Positions 1-10,795 of a stretch of 64,000 nt of DNA are shown piece after piece. Position 1 is the stretch's first letter; each line of letters starts with the position of its first letter. The notes under the pieces were generated by a model. The model was not told the origin of the DNA and made no database searches. It saw nothing but the letters and a program-made list of their open reading frames with translations. Both the position numbers and the translations under genes were made by a program. The stretch comes from Naegleria gruberi. Taxonomy: Eukaryota. The stretch lies in NCBI GenBank assembly GCA_000004985.1, contig GG738864.1; one strand, 5' to 3'.

Positions 1-1688
1 TTCCAGATAAAGATGGAGTGTTCAACAGAGAGCAAAACGAATGAACAACCAATATAGTTGGTCATTGCTTGAGTGAAGAAGTATCCAAGAATATTGTAGA
101 TGGCAATGGTTGGGGTAATGTGCTTCATAGATTCAATTGGGTGATAAATATCAAAGTTGTAATCGGCTGGAATAATGTGCTTTCTGAATAAGCTTCTGAA
201 CACTGTTTTTCAAATGTGATTAATAATTTAGTTAATTGAAAACAACTTACTTCTACCGAATTCAACACCAACACCACAGAGAACAAAGAAAAGATAATAA
301 CCAGGATAGAAACCGTGCCAAAAAGCAATGACGAGGAAAGTTTCGAACAATTCCTTAGTACCTGGTCTAGCGCCCTTTTTCTTATTTCTGAGATAGACAT
401 CTAGATGAAACAATAATTAATAAATGTTAAAATAATGATTACTTACACTTCTTGACCCACTTGTGAACACCAATATTCCAGTGAATTGACAAGAGATATG
501 GTGAAGAGGCAAGTTCAAATCTCCAGAAATCAATTTGAGAAACAGCAGACCAATCTTTCTTTACAGGATCATAACCAAAACCAGCCAACCAAGCAGAACC
601 TTGAGCCATGTGCCAGACAAGATAATAACGGAATCTGAAAAATTCGACAACCAAAACAATAAAGAAGAATTTAGAGATCAAAGACATGGCAGCGAATTCT
701 TCTCTATTATACATGATGAATTCTCTATCGAATTTATCAATTTGGGAGAAACCAATAAAGCTGATAACAATCATACCCAAATTATAGAAGAATCCACTAA
801 GGGAGAATGGAATATGATCCAAATCGTACTATTAATTGTCACATCCAATCTATTCAATCACGAAAACTTACATTTCTCAAATAATGTCTAAAGTACTTCA
901 AATCAAATGGTGGACCAGCCAACAATGCAGGATAGTAAAAGCAATAGGAAACATATTCCATGAATGAAGGAAGTTCAGACACACTAGCCTTAACCAATTC
1001 TTCATCGAGTTCTTCCTTAGCATTTGGATTGAGACCATCAGCATAGTTGAAAGCACAAGAGTTAATTCTCAAAACCATCATCATTAACATTGCACTATAG
1101 TCAACTCTTTGACTGGTGAAATCAGTTTGCATACGAATAAAGTGGCTATAATTTAACATTAGCAATCTTGAAAATGTGTGAAAATACATACGCAACAGAC
1201 AAGTAGGTCCATACAAAGGCAAAAACAAGTTTTGGAGCAATATTCTTTGGAAGAACAGCCATCATAAAATAGGAAAGGAAACTACAAGCAACACCATGGA
1301 AACCTTCATATCCGAAAGTAAAGATGGCATAAAACAATCCGAGAGTGCACAAATAAACAGTTTTCAAAAACACATTGTTTTTCAACAAGTTATTGTTAAA
1401 AATAATTCTATAAACAAAGCTCCAGAAATAGGTAAGGAGCAACATCAAAATGAAAATAGTTTGGTCAGCCTTCAATCCGATAGAGCTTCCCTTCTCATCC
1501 AAAAATTGATAAATAGGCTCGAAAATTGGATAAATTGGTTCTCCGACAGGTTCCAATAAATATTGTTGGGCATACTTTGCTCCATAACAAACGAAATTTG
1601 TTGGCATCACCAACCCCTCACAAGGAGTCATAAAATTCGGATGACTACTCAACAACCTCGGGAACAGCGAGTAATTAATTTCAGCCAT
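1..1688 (-). CDS. MBOAT-family lysophospholipid acyltransferase (LPCAT3/ALE1-like). Multi-exon gene; the 3' end runs off the window.
   Basis: ATG at 1688 on the minus strand. I traced exons at 1688..1192, 1145..872, 828..447, 400..251 and 202..<1. Donors are GTATGT or GTAAGT and acceptors are ttatag, ttaatag, catctag and aaaacag, giving introns of 43-48 nt. The protein is multi-pass hydrophobic and carries the MBOAT signature FWHGFYPGYY in exon 4. Confidence 0.7.
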
Positions 1689-2070
1689 TTTTTTTTAAAA
1701 TTTTAAATAGTTCGCGCCACAGTTTTGCGATATCGTAATGCAAATCCGATAAGTCCTACAGAGTTTCAACTCTCTGCTCCGCATCATATTGTGGATGAAC
1801 AATTCATTGAAGTGAGAGAGGTGAGGAAGAAACAATATTGTTAAATTCTTGTTCTGAATGAAGATTGAAAGTAAGGTTTCGGAATATATATTATTATGGA
1901 AAGATGCTGAATTGTTAGAGTTTACAATGAGATATCTTGTTACCAAAATTGCACTCTTCACACTACAGTACATAATTATTTCACTATACCATCAATTGAG
2001 TATTATTGCATCAATGGTTACAATCTTTGTAATCATCATGAACCAATCATTAATTACTAATCAAAAAAAA

Positions 2071-3177
2071 ATGAGTGAACAACAATCTGTTTCATCCTCT
2101 TGCTGCTTTAAAGAAATTTCTCTCTCCGATATTGAAAATGCCTCGGAACGTATCAGAAAATATATTCATAAAACTCCTGTTCTTACCAATTCGACAATTT
2201 CACAAATGACCGGAATTCCTAATTGTACATTATATTTAAAATGTGAAAATTTGAACAAGGTCGGAGCTTTCAAGATTCGTGGAGCTTGTAATGCAGTATT
2301 GAATGCATTGAATAATTCTGATGAGGAAATTGTGAAAAAAATCAAGGAAGGAGGTGTGATTACACACTCTTCTGGTAATCATGCTGGAGCTTTGGCTAAA
2401 TCTGCTCAAATGTTGGGATTGACAGCTCATATCGTAATGCCAAGTAATTCTCCTGCAGTCAAGAAGAATGCAGTTGAATTGACTTATGGTGCCAGAGTAA
2501 TTTTGTGTGAACCAACTTTGAGATCAAGAGAGGAAACTTGTGAAAGAATTATTCAAGAAACTGGAGCTTTATTTATTCACCCATATGATAATGATGATGT
2601 AATTACTGGACAAGGAACTGCTGTTTTGGAAATGTTGGATCAAGTGAAGGAGGAAAGATTGACTGACGAGTTCCCACTCGATGCATTGATTGTCCCTGTA
2701 GGTGGGGGTGGACTTTCCTCTGGATCTAGTATTTGTTTCAAATCAAAGGCAGCTTTGGAAATTAAGGATTTGGAAAAATTGAAGAAAACCAAAGTTATTG
2801 GTGTTGAACCTCAAGTTGTCGATGATGCTAAGAGATCTATGGAGCAAGGAAAGCTTGTTGGAAACGATCCTAATGTCCCAGCCAATACAGTTTGTGATGG
2901 TTTAAAGACAAACTTGTCAGAGAGAACATTCCATCATATTTCTAAGAATATTGATAGAATTTTCACAGTGACAGATGAGCAAGTTATCAAAGCCATGAAA
3001 CTTGTTTGGGAGAGAATGAAAATTGTTATTGAACCAAGCTCTGCCACTGTCGTTGCTCTCACTCTATTCCATGATGAATTCAAACAAATGGCCACTGAAA
3101 ATCAATGGCAACATATTGGAATGGTAATTAGTGGAGGAAATTGTGATTTGGATGCTCTTCCTTGGACGAAGAAGTAA
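2071..3177 (+). CDS. PLP-dependent serine racemase / serine-threonine dehydratase-like enzyme
   Basis: A single ORF from ATG 2071 (MSEQQSV...) to TAA 3177. It has the PLP-binding lysine context NLNKVGAFKIRGA, the S-S-G-N-H-A motif and a glycine-rich GGGGL loop typical of fold-type II PLP enzymes. The ORF-track start at 1858 is upstream non-coding read-through. Confidence 0.75.
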   Translation: MSEQQSVSSSCCFKEISLSDIENASERIRKYIHKTPVLTNSTISQMTGIPNCTLYLKCENLNKVGAFKIRGACNAVLNALNNSDEEIVKKIKEGGVITHSSGNHAGALAKSAQMLGLTAHIVMPSNSPAVKKNAVELTYGARVILCEPTLRSREETCERIIQETGALFIHPYDNDDVITGQGTAVLEMLDQVKEERLTDEFPLDALIVPVGGGGLSSGSSICFKSKAALEIKDLEKLKKTKVIGVEPQVVDDAKRSMEQGKLVGNDPNVPANTVCDGLKTNLSERTFHHISKNIDRIFTVTDEQVIKAMKLVWERMKIVIEPSSATVVALTLFHDEFKQMATENQWQHIGMVISGGNCDLDALPWTKK

Positions 3178-3354
3178 ATATTAAATGAAGAAATTAAAAT
3201 TGTACTGCAACTATTTATCTGTACCAAATCCATTACTATTGTATACTTCAATGTTGGAGAGGTTTCATTCTCAATGGCTTTTTTCAAATACAGAATTGAA
3301 CCAATCCTTCTTGAAATCACCTTTCACAAACATGAACTTTAAGATCAAAAAAAA

Positions 3355-4407
3355 ATGCAAAGATCACAACAACAGCAAACCATCAAACTCGCCAAAGCAA
3401 AACAAAAGAAAACAATTTCTTCCGAAAGATTGCCAACAGAAACATTTACATCCATTGTAAGAGATTGTTTAAAATTAAAACTTGATATTCGACCTTTACA
3501 ATTCAAGAAGAAATTTTCTAACGGAACAGACTTTCTTTATGATAAGGTAAAGAATTTGAAGGCAGTTTGTCGAGAAATCAATAGAGGAGATAATGTCATG
3601 ATGAAAATAATTTTCACATGTCAAGATTCTCAACCAATAATTCCAAATTATATACAAGGAGCAGAGAGTAATATTGAAAAGCATAAAATTTCGTACCCAG
3701 ATAAGATCATGTCAATAGACACTTTACGAATTGATATTGAATTTCCATACCATAATTCAATAACAGAGGTTGCTAAGAAGATTAATTTACATGAGGAAGA
3801 ACTGATCAATTCTCTTATAACTATTATTGATATGGATGATCATCAAGTTTATTTCAAAATGAAAACTAATTATTTCAATGAGGATAAGGAGCATTTGTAT
3901 AGATATATTGTAATTGGAAAAATGGATCAAAGTGAACATGCTTTCATCTTTGATGTGAGCGATTTTTCAAATATTTGTGGTACCAATGGTGCTATTCCAA
4001 AAAATCTCAAAAAGATTTATGATTTGTGCATGCCACAGGATTTAGCCCAATATTTTGAAAAGACTGGATGCAGCTCAACAAATTCAGATACAAGTGTTAG
4101 AAGAGTTGGATTTGGAATGTTCTTCAGATCAGATACCAGACCAAGCAGAGAGCGTTGCAGAAGACACTACTATTCGGGTTGGGAATCAGATGGTTCAGTT
4201 GCAACCTTAGTGAACTCGTATTCAAGGAATGGAGATTATGGTATTCAAATATTGGCACAGGGTGCAAGAAAATTCTATCCAACTGAGTATTCTGGTGAGA
4301 TTGATGTAGGATATTACAAATTTAAAATGGGATGGTGTAGATTCACTTCATTCCATTCAGCCCAGCACTACACTTGCAAATTAATCCAGGAAGTTAAAAA
4401 TTCATAA
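3355..4407 (+). CDS. Hypothetical protein (350 aa). The 5' end is uncertain.
   Basis: A long open frame in the local coding composition. I recognised no domain. An upstream exon cannot be excluded. Confidence 0.3.
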   Translation: MQRSQQQQTIKLAKAKQKKTISSERLPTETFTSIVRDCLKLKLDIRPLQFKKKFSNGTDFLYDKVKNLKAVCREINRGDNVMMKIIFTCQDSQPIIPNYIQGAESNIEKHKISYPDKIMSIDTLRIDIEFPYHNSITEVAKKINLHEEELINSLITIIDMDDHQVYFKMKTNYFNEDKEHLYRYIVIGKMDQSEHAFIFDVSDFSNICGTNGAIPKNLKKIYDLCMPQDLAQYFEKTGCSSTNSDTSVRRVGFGMFFRSDTRPSRERCRRHYYSGWESDGSVATLVNSYSRNGDYGIQILAQGARKFYPTEYSGEIDVGYYKFKMGWCRFTSFHSAQHYTCKLIQEVKNS

Positions 4408-4617
4408 ATATTGAATTGTATTCTGATATGCAGTTTCAACTTCGATATGATCAGAAAATTGGTAAGCAAAATTTTCATCATGTAGAACGTTCAATAAATA
4501 TAGAAGATTGAGCAACCGTTTCAAATTCTTCAACCAAACCTTACTGAACCAACAATCTAACGTTTCGGTCCAAGTGTATATTTTTATGTAAATACCAGAA
4601 ATTATAGACATAAATGA

Positions 4618-4691
4618 CTATGGCCATCATCCCGTCCGATTTGAGAAGTTAAATATTGTCGAGTACTGAGGTTGGAGACAACTTGGGAACC
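4618..4691 (+). pseudogene. Truncated 5S rRNA pseudogene, about 74 nt, with two internal deletions
   Basis: This segment aligns to the intact 5S copies at 50438-50555 and 35490-35607. It lacks the atcacgatgaatgcacctc and gccacatc segments and the 3' helix-I strand, and it has no T-run terminator. Confidence 0.55.
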
Positions 4692-4728
4692 TTTGCTAAT
4701 TGTAAAGTCAAAAAAAATACCCTCACTC

Positions 4729-6768
4729 ATGCCACAAGGGAATGCCATCATTTTTCTTGATTGTAAAATCTCATCCGACTTGCTATCGGGCATGTATCAA
4801 CACTCGAAACGAATACAACTCTACAAGCAGATAATTTTACAATTTTACATGTATAAAATGGATGTGCCACTCTCCGATACTTTGAAAAACGATCGTCAGT
4901 TTATTCTACAAGCACTCCAATACGATTTTATATTCCATAAATATGGAAAGAAATTTGTAGAAGAGTTTTTAAGGAAAGATGAAGAATTTATTATGGAAAT
5001 GATAAGAGTCAATCCAAGGATTATTAGATATTGTCCAAAAAGACCTAAATATTGTTTACAAGCTGTAAAGTATGATCCTCAAATGTTGTTGTATGCGCCA
5101 AAGGAGGTTAAAAGATCAGAATCAATTGTTTGGGAATTATTCAAGAGGGATGCTTCCTGTTTGAGATATGCAAGTCAACGATTGACAAGTGGACCATTTG
5201 CTTTTAAAGTTTTTGAGTACAATGAGAGTGCATTTAGAACATTTTGTAAACATCCATTTACAATTAATTCAATATCTAAAAGGGAGGATTTGTTAAAACT
5301 TGTGTCTATGGGCTCATACTATTCGAAAATTAGTCCTACATTGAGAGAGGATGAGGAGGTTCAATTGGCAGCTCTCAACCATGACGCATATGTTTGGCAA
5401 TTATTGAGAGATGATTTAAAAAATGATAGGAACTTGGCAATGGAATGGGTTAAGAAAAATAGAGAAATTCTTGGATATACGAAATTTATTCACGATTATG
5501 AATTTATGGTGGAGCTGATTGAGGAGAATACTATTTATTTTTGGGATTTCAAAGGAGAAATGAAAGAACAACTTTTCAGAAAGAACAAAAAACTCCTTAT
5601 GACTGCTTTGGAGGATTACAAAATATTGGACTATCATTGGATACCTATTATTTCTACAAGTTGGTATTCCCTTCCTTCATCAATAAGTCAAGATAGAGAA
5701 GTAATCATGTTGTTTTTGAGAAAATTATGTAAAAATGAAAATGGATATAGATACTTTACATTTACCGTTTCTGGAGGAAATATTACAATCAATTGTGACC
5801 AATATTTTAAGGTATGCCTTGAAAATTTCCAAACTGACAGAGATTTCTTCCATTTAAATTTATCTAAAATTGGGTTGAATAGAGTATACGCATATGCTGA
5901 TCAATCAATGAAGAGAGATCCCAAATTCATTGCTTTTGTATTCAATTCATATCCTAACAATAATATCACTTTTGAATATGACAAGAATATAGTGAGAGAA
6001 CTTATTCCGCTTCTCAAGACAAATCCGTCTCAATTATTCACGGATATCAGATCATTGATTTCGGATGACAAGGAGCTATTACTGTTATGCATCAAGAATA
6101 TTAGCCCTTATTGCTTTAATTATGCATCTGAACACTTGAAAACTAATGTGGATTTTATAGAGGAGTGCATGCGAGTTAATAATTCAGTCATAGCAACTGT
6201 TTCCTTGAAATTGGTTAGAATGAATAAGGAATTGGCAATCCTAGCATTCAAAAAGGCAGTAGAAATAGATATAATACTCCCTATTTTAAAAGAATATTTG
6301 GCTGATGATGAATTATTTCAACTGCTATTCCAACCTTATTCAAATATTACTAGCGATCGATTGCTGAAAATATGTGAGGAATTAAGAATTTCTGATAATT
6401 TGAAAAATGATTATGAGCTTGCAAGAAGGATAATGAATAGATCTATCAAGTTCAGTATCATATTCAAAGACGCACCATTCATCAAAGAATTGATAATTGA
6501 AAAACTCATTCAGGGTCCAATCTGCTATTTAGAATTGAACGATTGTTTTAAATTTGATTGGGATTTGTTTAGTACTGTATACAGAAAGGCAGATTACATG
6601 GGTAGAACTAATTTGGTGTATAATAATCAGCACCTCAAGAAAAAAGATGTTTTAGTTAAATTATTAGGGAAAGGAGTGTATATTAGTGATAATGATAATG
6701 GTTTTATTGATAAGAAAATTACAAATGTGGATTTCATGTTGGAAAACTGTTCTCAAATGTTGATTTGA
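4729..6768 (+). CDS. DUF4116-type repeat protein, about 680 aa
   Basis: The frame is continuous to TAA 6768. A roughly 40-aa motif recurs many times (LKNDRQFILQALQYD..., LKNDRNLAMEWVKKN..., LKTNVDFIEECMRVN..., LKNDYELARRIMNRS). The ORF-track start at 4672 is a TTG inside 5S-derived sequence. The first ATG is at 4729 and an alternative ATG lies near 4848. Confidence 0.5.
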   Translation: MPQGNAIIFLDCKISSDLLSGMYQHSKRIQLYKQIILQFYMYKMDVPLSDTLKNDRQFILQALQYDFIFHKYGKKFVEEFLRKDEEFIMEMIRVNPRIIRYCPKRPKYCLQAVKYDPQMLLYAPKEVKRSESIVWELFKRDASCLRYASQRLTSGPFAFKVFEYNESAFRTFCKHPFTINSISKREDLLKLVSMGSYYSKISPTLREDEEVQLAALNHDAYVWQLLRDDLKNDRNLAMEWVKKNREILGYTKFIHDYEFMVELIEENTIYFWDFKGEMKEQLFRKNKKLLMTALEDYKILDYHWIPIISTSWYSLPSSISQDREVIMLFLRKLCKNENGYRYFTFTVSGGNITINCDQYFKVCLENFQTDRDFFHLNLSKIGLNRVYAYADQSMKRDPKFIAFVFNSYPNNNITFEYDKNIVRELIPLLKTNPSQLFTDIRSLISDDKELLLLCIKNISPYCFNYASEHLKTNVDFIEECMRVNNSVIATVSLKLVRMNKELAILAFKKAVEIDIILPILKEYLADDELFQLLFQPYSNITSDRLLKICEELRISDNLKNDYELARRIMNRSIKFSIIFKDAPFIKELIIEKLIQGPICYLELNDCFKFDWDLFSTVYRKADYMGRTNLVYNNQHLKKKDVLVKLLGKGVYISDNDNGFIDKKITNVDFMLENCSQMLI

Positions 6769-6842
6769 TTTTTTCAATACTATTTATTTAATGGATAGTG
6801 CTTTGGTACTGTTGGTGTTAATCCATTGAGATCCACTGAATA

Positions 6843-9257
6843 TTAATTCCCTTCATTACATGTGCTTATCATGTGATCTGCTGGAATATCTCTATTTCCA
6901 TGTTTTCCAATCCAAACAGATTGAAATTCTTCAAAGAGATTTCTTGCTTGGTCAACTAAACCTTGTTCTAATAATTGAATGGCTTGATTGTAGGTTTTCC
7001 ACTTGTCTCCCGATTCTTTCTGTTCCAATTCATACATCCTTAAAAAATATATTGTTAAATCTTGTTAGAATGTAAAACAAAACTTACCATTCATCCATAG
7101 CTACCTGCTTTGAAGCCCCCACTTCATATATTGGAATTTTAGTAACCGATTGACTATAATTATCCATCAACAAATTATTCCATGAAACAATTCTCGTGTG
7201 GAACATTTGGTCAATCCCCTTTTCCTGAACTGCTTTTGTAACTGCCAAATCAACCTTCAAATGTTTCATAATATTAATCATATGTTCCAAATTTTGTTGA
7301 TAACTGCCAATAATTGTAAAGGTCTTGACTGCGTTTGTTCCAATATTACCTGCCTTACACAATTGACTCACAACGGCAATGCAAGGTTTGATATTCTTGT
7401 CAACAAGTTTCAGAGCTGTTAACATTTGTGAAAGAGTTGACAAGGCCTTTTCTTCTGGTTTCTGTACACTTGTATACGAATTCCAACTCACAATTATTGA
7501 ACTCTTCTCCAAAGTTCCAACCATTGCATTTGAAGTATTTGCAAACTTTTGAATAACTCCAAAAATATTCGTAAACAAGTTGACCAATTCATTTTCTTTC
7601 AAATTTGTACTAATTTCTTCCATTCCCTCAAAATAAATCATGGCACTTACAACCTGTCTCTGTTCAACTCCCAATTTGAAAAGAAACTTATTCTTTGGGT
7701 TGTGAACTGATGAGGAATGAGCATGATCTGAATCCATCTTTTTGCTGCTGAATTTACTGCTGATTGATGGCTCTGTCATGGATTCGTTATTGTCCAATTT
7801 GGCTAACAAGTGTTGTGGAATGAAAGCTCTGTAAGATTTCATCTTCCTAATCATGGTTGAGATGTGTTGTTGGAATTCTTCAATTTCGGTTAGGTTCGAA
7901 GAGATTTTCATAGCTTCTGCAACATCCAATTGCATTTCTGAAATAAATTCAAACTGATTCAACAGCTGCTTGAATGGCTTTACAATTCTTGAACTAAATC
8001 CCAAACTAATCAATGTTGCACACACAGTAATCACCACACTGACAACTGACGCAACAATGACAGCAATAATAATTGAGGAAATATAATTCCATTGAGGAAC
8101 TGAAAATATAATCAACCAATTCAATCCAGTTGCAGTACATAATCTATAAACACCAACATAATAATCTTCAACACTGGTATACATAAAGGTTGAGCATTTC
8201 ATTGATTTCAAATCATTTCCTAATTGGGAATAAACGGCTTTTCCAACAATTTGAACATTTTCGTCCTCGAATGTGAAGACTGTTTTTCTGTGGGATGTTC
8301 CATTTTTGTAAAATATGGTAGGTGGAATGTCAGGAAAACTATCTAAGTCAAATGTCATTTTTGTCATGTCTAAAATCAATACTTACTAGCAATCAATGCA
8401 TTACTCTCAATCTCTATCACAATTGCCATCGAATTTTGAATCTTACTCGTAAAATCTGATAAGAAAACCGAAAGTGAATGCGCAGTAATATCTATAGCAA
8501 AATACCAATCAAAATTATTTGCACCAGGTTTCGTATAAGCACTCACACAAGTAAACCAAACCCATAATGGAAAACTTGAATGGACATAGGAAGTTGAAAA
8601 GATTGTCGTATTCTTTGCCTTACTGGCATAGTTGACCACATAACTCATATCAAAAGCTCCATAATCAAAATCATATTCTGCATCACCATCTGGAACACAA
8701 TTAGTCACAGATTTGTAATAATCACATCTTTTAAAAAAACCGTTCGTGTCATTTCCAAGCATTTTATATCTGTAGAGTAGTGGCAGGTTTAATTGTCTGG
8801 CGACACTTGTGGTGATTCCAATATATCCACCTAAACCTATTCGATTCCCAAAATAGGCATTGATGGTGAGACCATTGACAAAGTTTTCTTGAGATTTGTA
8901 AACCATGAATGTTGTATCAAATATCCATTGATTTCTATTGTAATCAAATTCGTTTAGTACTGCGTTTCGTGTAGTTTCGGCTGACATGGCAATTTTCTTC
9001 ATTGAATTATCGACAAAGTCAATAATTTGCCCAAAGTTAGATTCTAATAACTTTTGACTCATGGTTACAACTGATCCTGTAAAGCTTGATGCCCAAACTA
9101 TAGTCAAGAATAGGACACATGCAATGACTAAACCTAATAGCAAGAGAATTAAACTCAATTTAATGGAAATAGTCTTGTTTCCACCATTTAAATCAGCACT
9201 AGTTGTAGATTCTGAGCTGACTGAATCAGCTTCTTGAGAGATGGGTTGTATTTTCAT
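6843..9257 (-). CDS. Two-TM receptor-type protein with an extracellular sensor region and a degenerate class III nucleotidyl-cyclase-like domain
   Basis: ATG at 9257. There are at least three exons: 9257..about 8387-8405, 8369..7088 and 7038..6843. The last intron is 7087..7039, with a GTAAGT donor and ttttttaag acceptor. The protein has a cytoplasmic N-terminus, a first TM (ISIKLSLILLLLGLVIACVLF), a roughly 300-aa ectodomain, a second TM, a HAMP-like linker and then a cyclase-homology region (MVGTLEKSSIIVSWN ... IAVVSQLCKAGNIGTNAVKTFTIIGSYQQNLEHMINIMKH). That region lacks the metal-binding Asp pair. Confidence 0.5.
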
Positions 9258-9657
9258 TGCACTATTCGAAAGTTAGTTTTTTTTTGGTTTTTGAACTAAA
9301 TGATTTTGTAGTTGGCAAGTGGGAGAACGGTAAATATTTGATATCAAATGATGGAGATATTTATTGGCAAGCTAAATGCATCAAAATTCAATAGAAAAAG
9401 AATTATACAAAACGTCAGCAATCATCAAGGTCTTTTTGAGTTTCAGTGTTGTTTCAAGAAAGCAAATTTCCCATAGCACTGAAAGTTCTGTTTCAAAAAC
9501 TCTACAGATTCAACAAATTGCTGATTCATTCAAAATTCTACAGAAAACCTCAAAATTCATTTTGATCTTTTTTCTTCACCTAAAATTAGAATTTTCTTGA
9601 TCAGCAAAATTTCAAACAATAAAAAAACAAACAAAATTCAAAATCACTCAATTTACA

Positions 9658-10308
9658 ATGCAAAATTACACCACTAAGCAACAATTCACAGCTGAAAAGT
9701 CCATTGATGAAGCAATATCTTGTATTTCAATCAGTCAACCTTCAATGTCATCTGTTACAAAAAAGAACAGAAGAGGTGGAAGAGGATTGAGAAGAAATAG
9801 GACAATTCATCATGGACAGTCATCATTCACTGATCGTTTCTCATTCAAAACTCGTGCTAATCAAGTTTTATTAAGAAATGATCAAATGATTGCTGACAAT
9901 CAAACAAGACCGTCATGGGGAAGTTTGTTCACAACTTCTCAAAACATGTCAAATGCAGAGAAAGAATCTGCAGAAAGAATTGGATTGAATGATAATTTTA
10001 TCATGTCACCAATTTCTGGTTGCTTTTTGAAGTGGTTTGCTGGTGATGATTTGACAATTGACAGGCAAGCAATTTCAATTGTTAATAAGGTGTACATTCA
10101 AGAGGGTGTTTCAGTTAGTGTTGAAACAATGAAAGAATTGGAGGGAAAGGCTAATGTGGAAATAGTTGACTTTCGTAACATTTCGTTTATGCAATTATTA
10201 AACGAAACTAGAGATAAAAATTGTGTGTTGAGTATTCTTCCAATTTCAAACACCACTAACATGGAAACAGTCATGTTTCTCATTAGTGAATTCAAATTTA
10301 AAATGTGA
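9658..10308 (+). CDS. Hypothetical protein (216 aa)
   Basis: ATG at 9658 and a clean ORF to TGA 10308. It starts with a basic RRGGRGLRRNR patch. I recognised no domain. Confidence 0.35.
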   Translation: MQNYTTKQQFTAEKSIDEAISCISISQPSMSSVTKKNRRGGRGLRRNRTIHHGQSSFTDRFSFKTRANQVLLRNDQMIADNQTRPSWGSLFTTSQNMSNAEKESAERIGLNDNFIMSPISGCFLKWFAGDDLTIDRQAISIVNKVYIQEGVSVSVETMKELEGKANVEIVDFRNISFMQLLNETRDKNCVLSILPISNTTNMETVMFLISEFKFKM

Positions 10309-10795
10309 GATTCTATCAACTTGGGATTAGAATTGAACAAATGTTTTAGATCCCCATATATTATAAAGAAACTGAAAACTTTACCACTGGTACAATCAAT
10401 TGACATATCTATTTAAATATTCTAATTGAATCATCTTGTTGATCTGTATATCAACAATTCTTAATGTCATAATCTGAAAGAAATATTTTCCCTCCTGTTC
10501 TATCAATTGCCATTCCATACAAAAATCTTTCAATTTTCCAAATACAATCAGCACTTGATCCTAATCTCATTAAATTCTTCACTCTATATTTGAAAGTATA
10601 CTTATTCTCTCCAAAATAAATAGCATCATTTTATTGATCATCAAAATTCTCTTCAATTAACAAACCAGGCACTCCTCCTTCGACAAGAAAGGCTCCTAAA
10701 TATTCATGAGTAATCAAATCAAAAAATTTCACTTCAGAATTTGAAACATCAGAGATGCACAAACAATTGTGTGAGAAATATTGGCATGGTTCTTT

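Noticed and set aside
4672-4728. ORF-track start METTWEPLLIVKS for the DUF4116 gene
   Set aside because: The M is a TTG and the peptide is a translation of the 5S pseudogene (ggagacaacttgggaacc). The true start is more likely the ATG at 4729 or further downstream.
8376-8379. Methionine starts shown in the supplied ORF track
   Set aside because: Several correspond to TTG or GTG codons (for example 8379, 4672, 43586, 61845 and 56110). I re-derived starts from ATG and from splice context instead.
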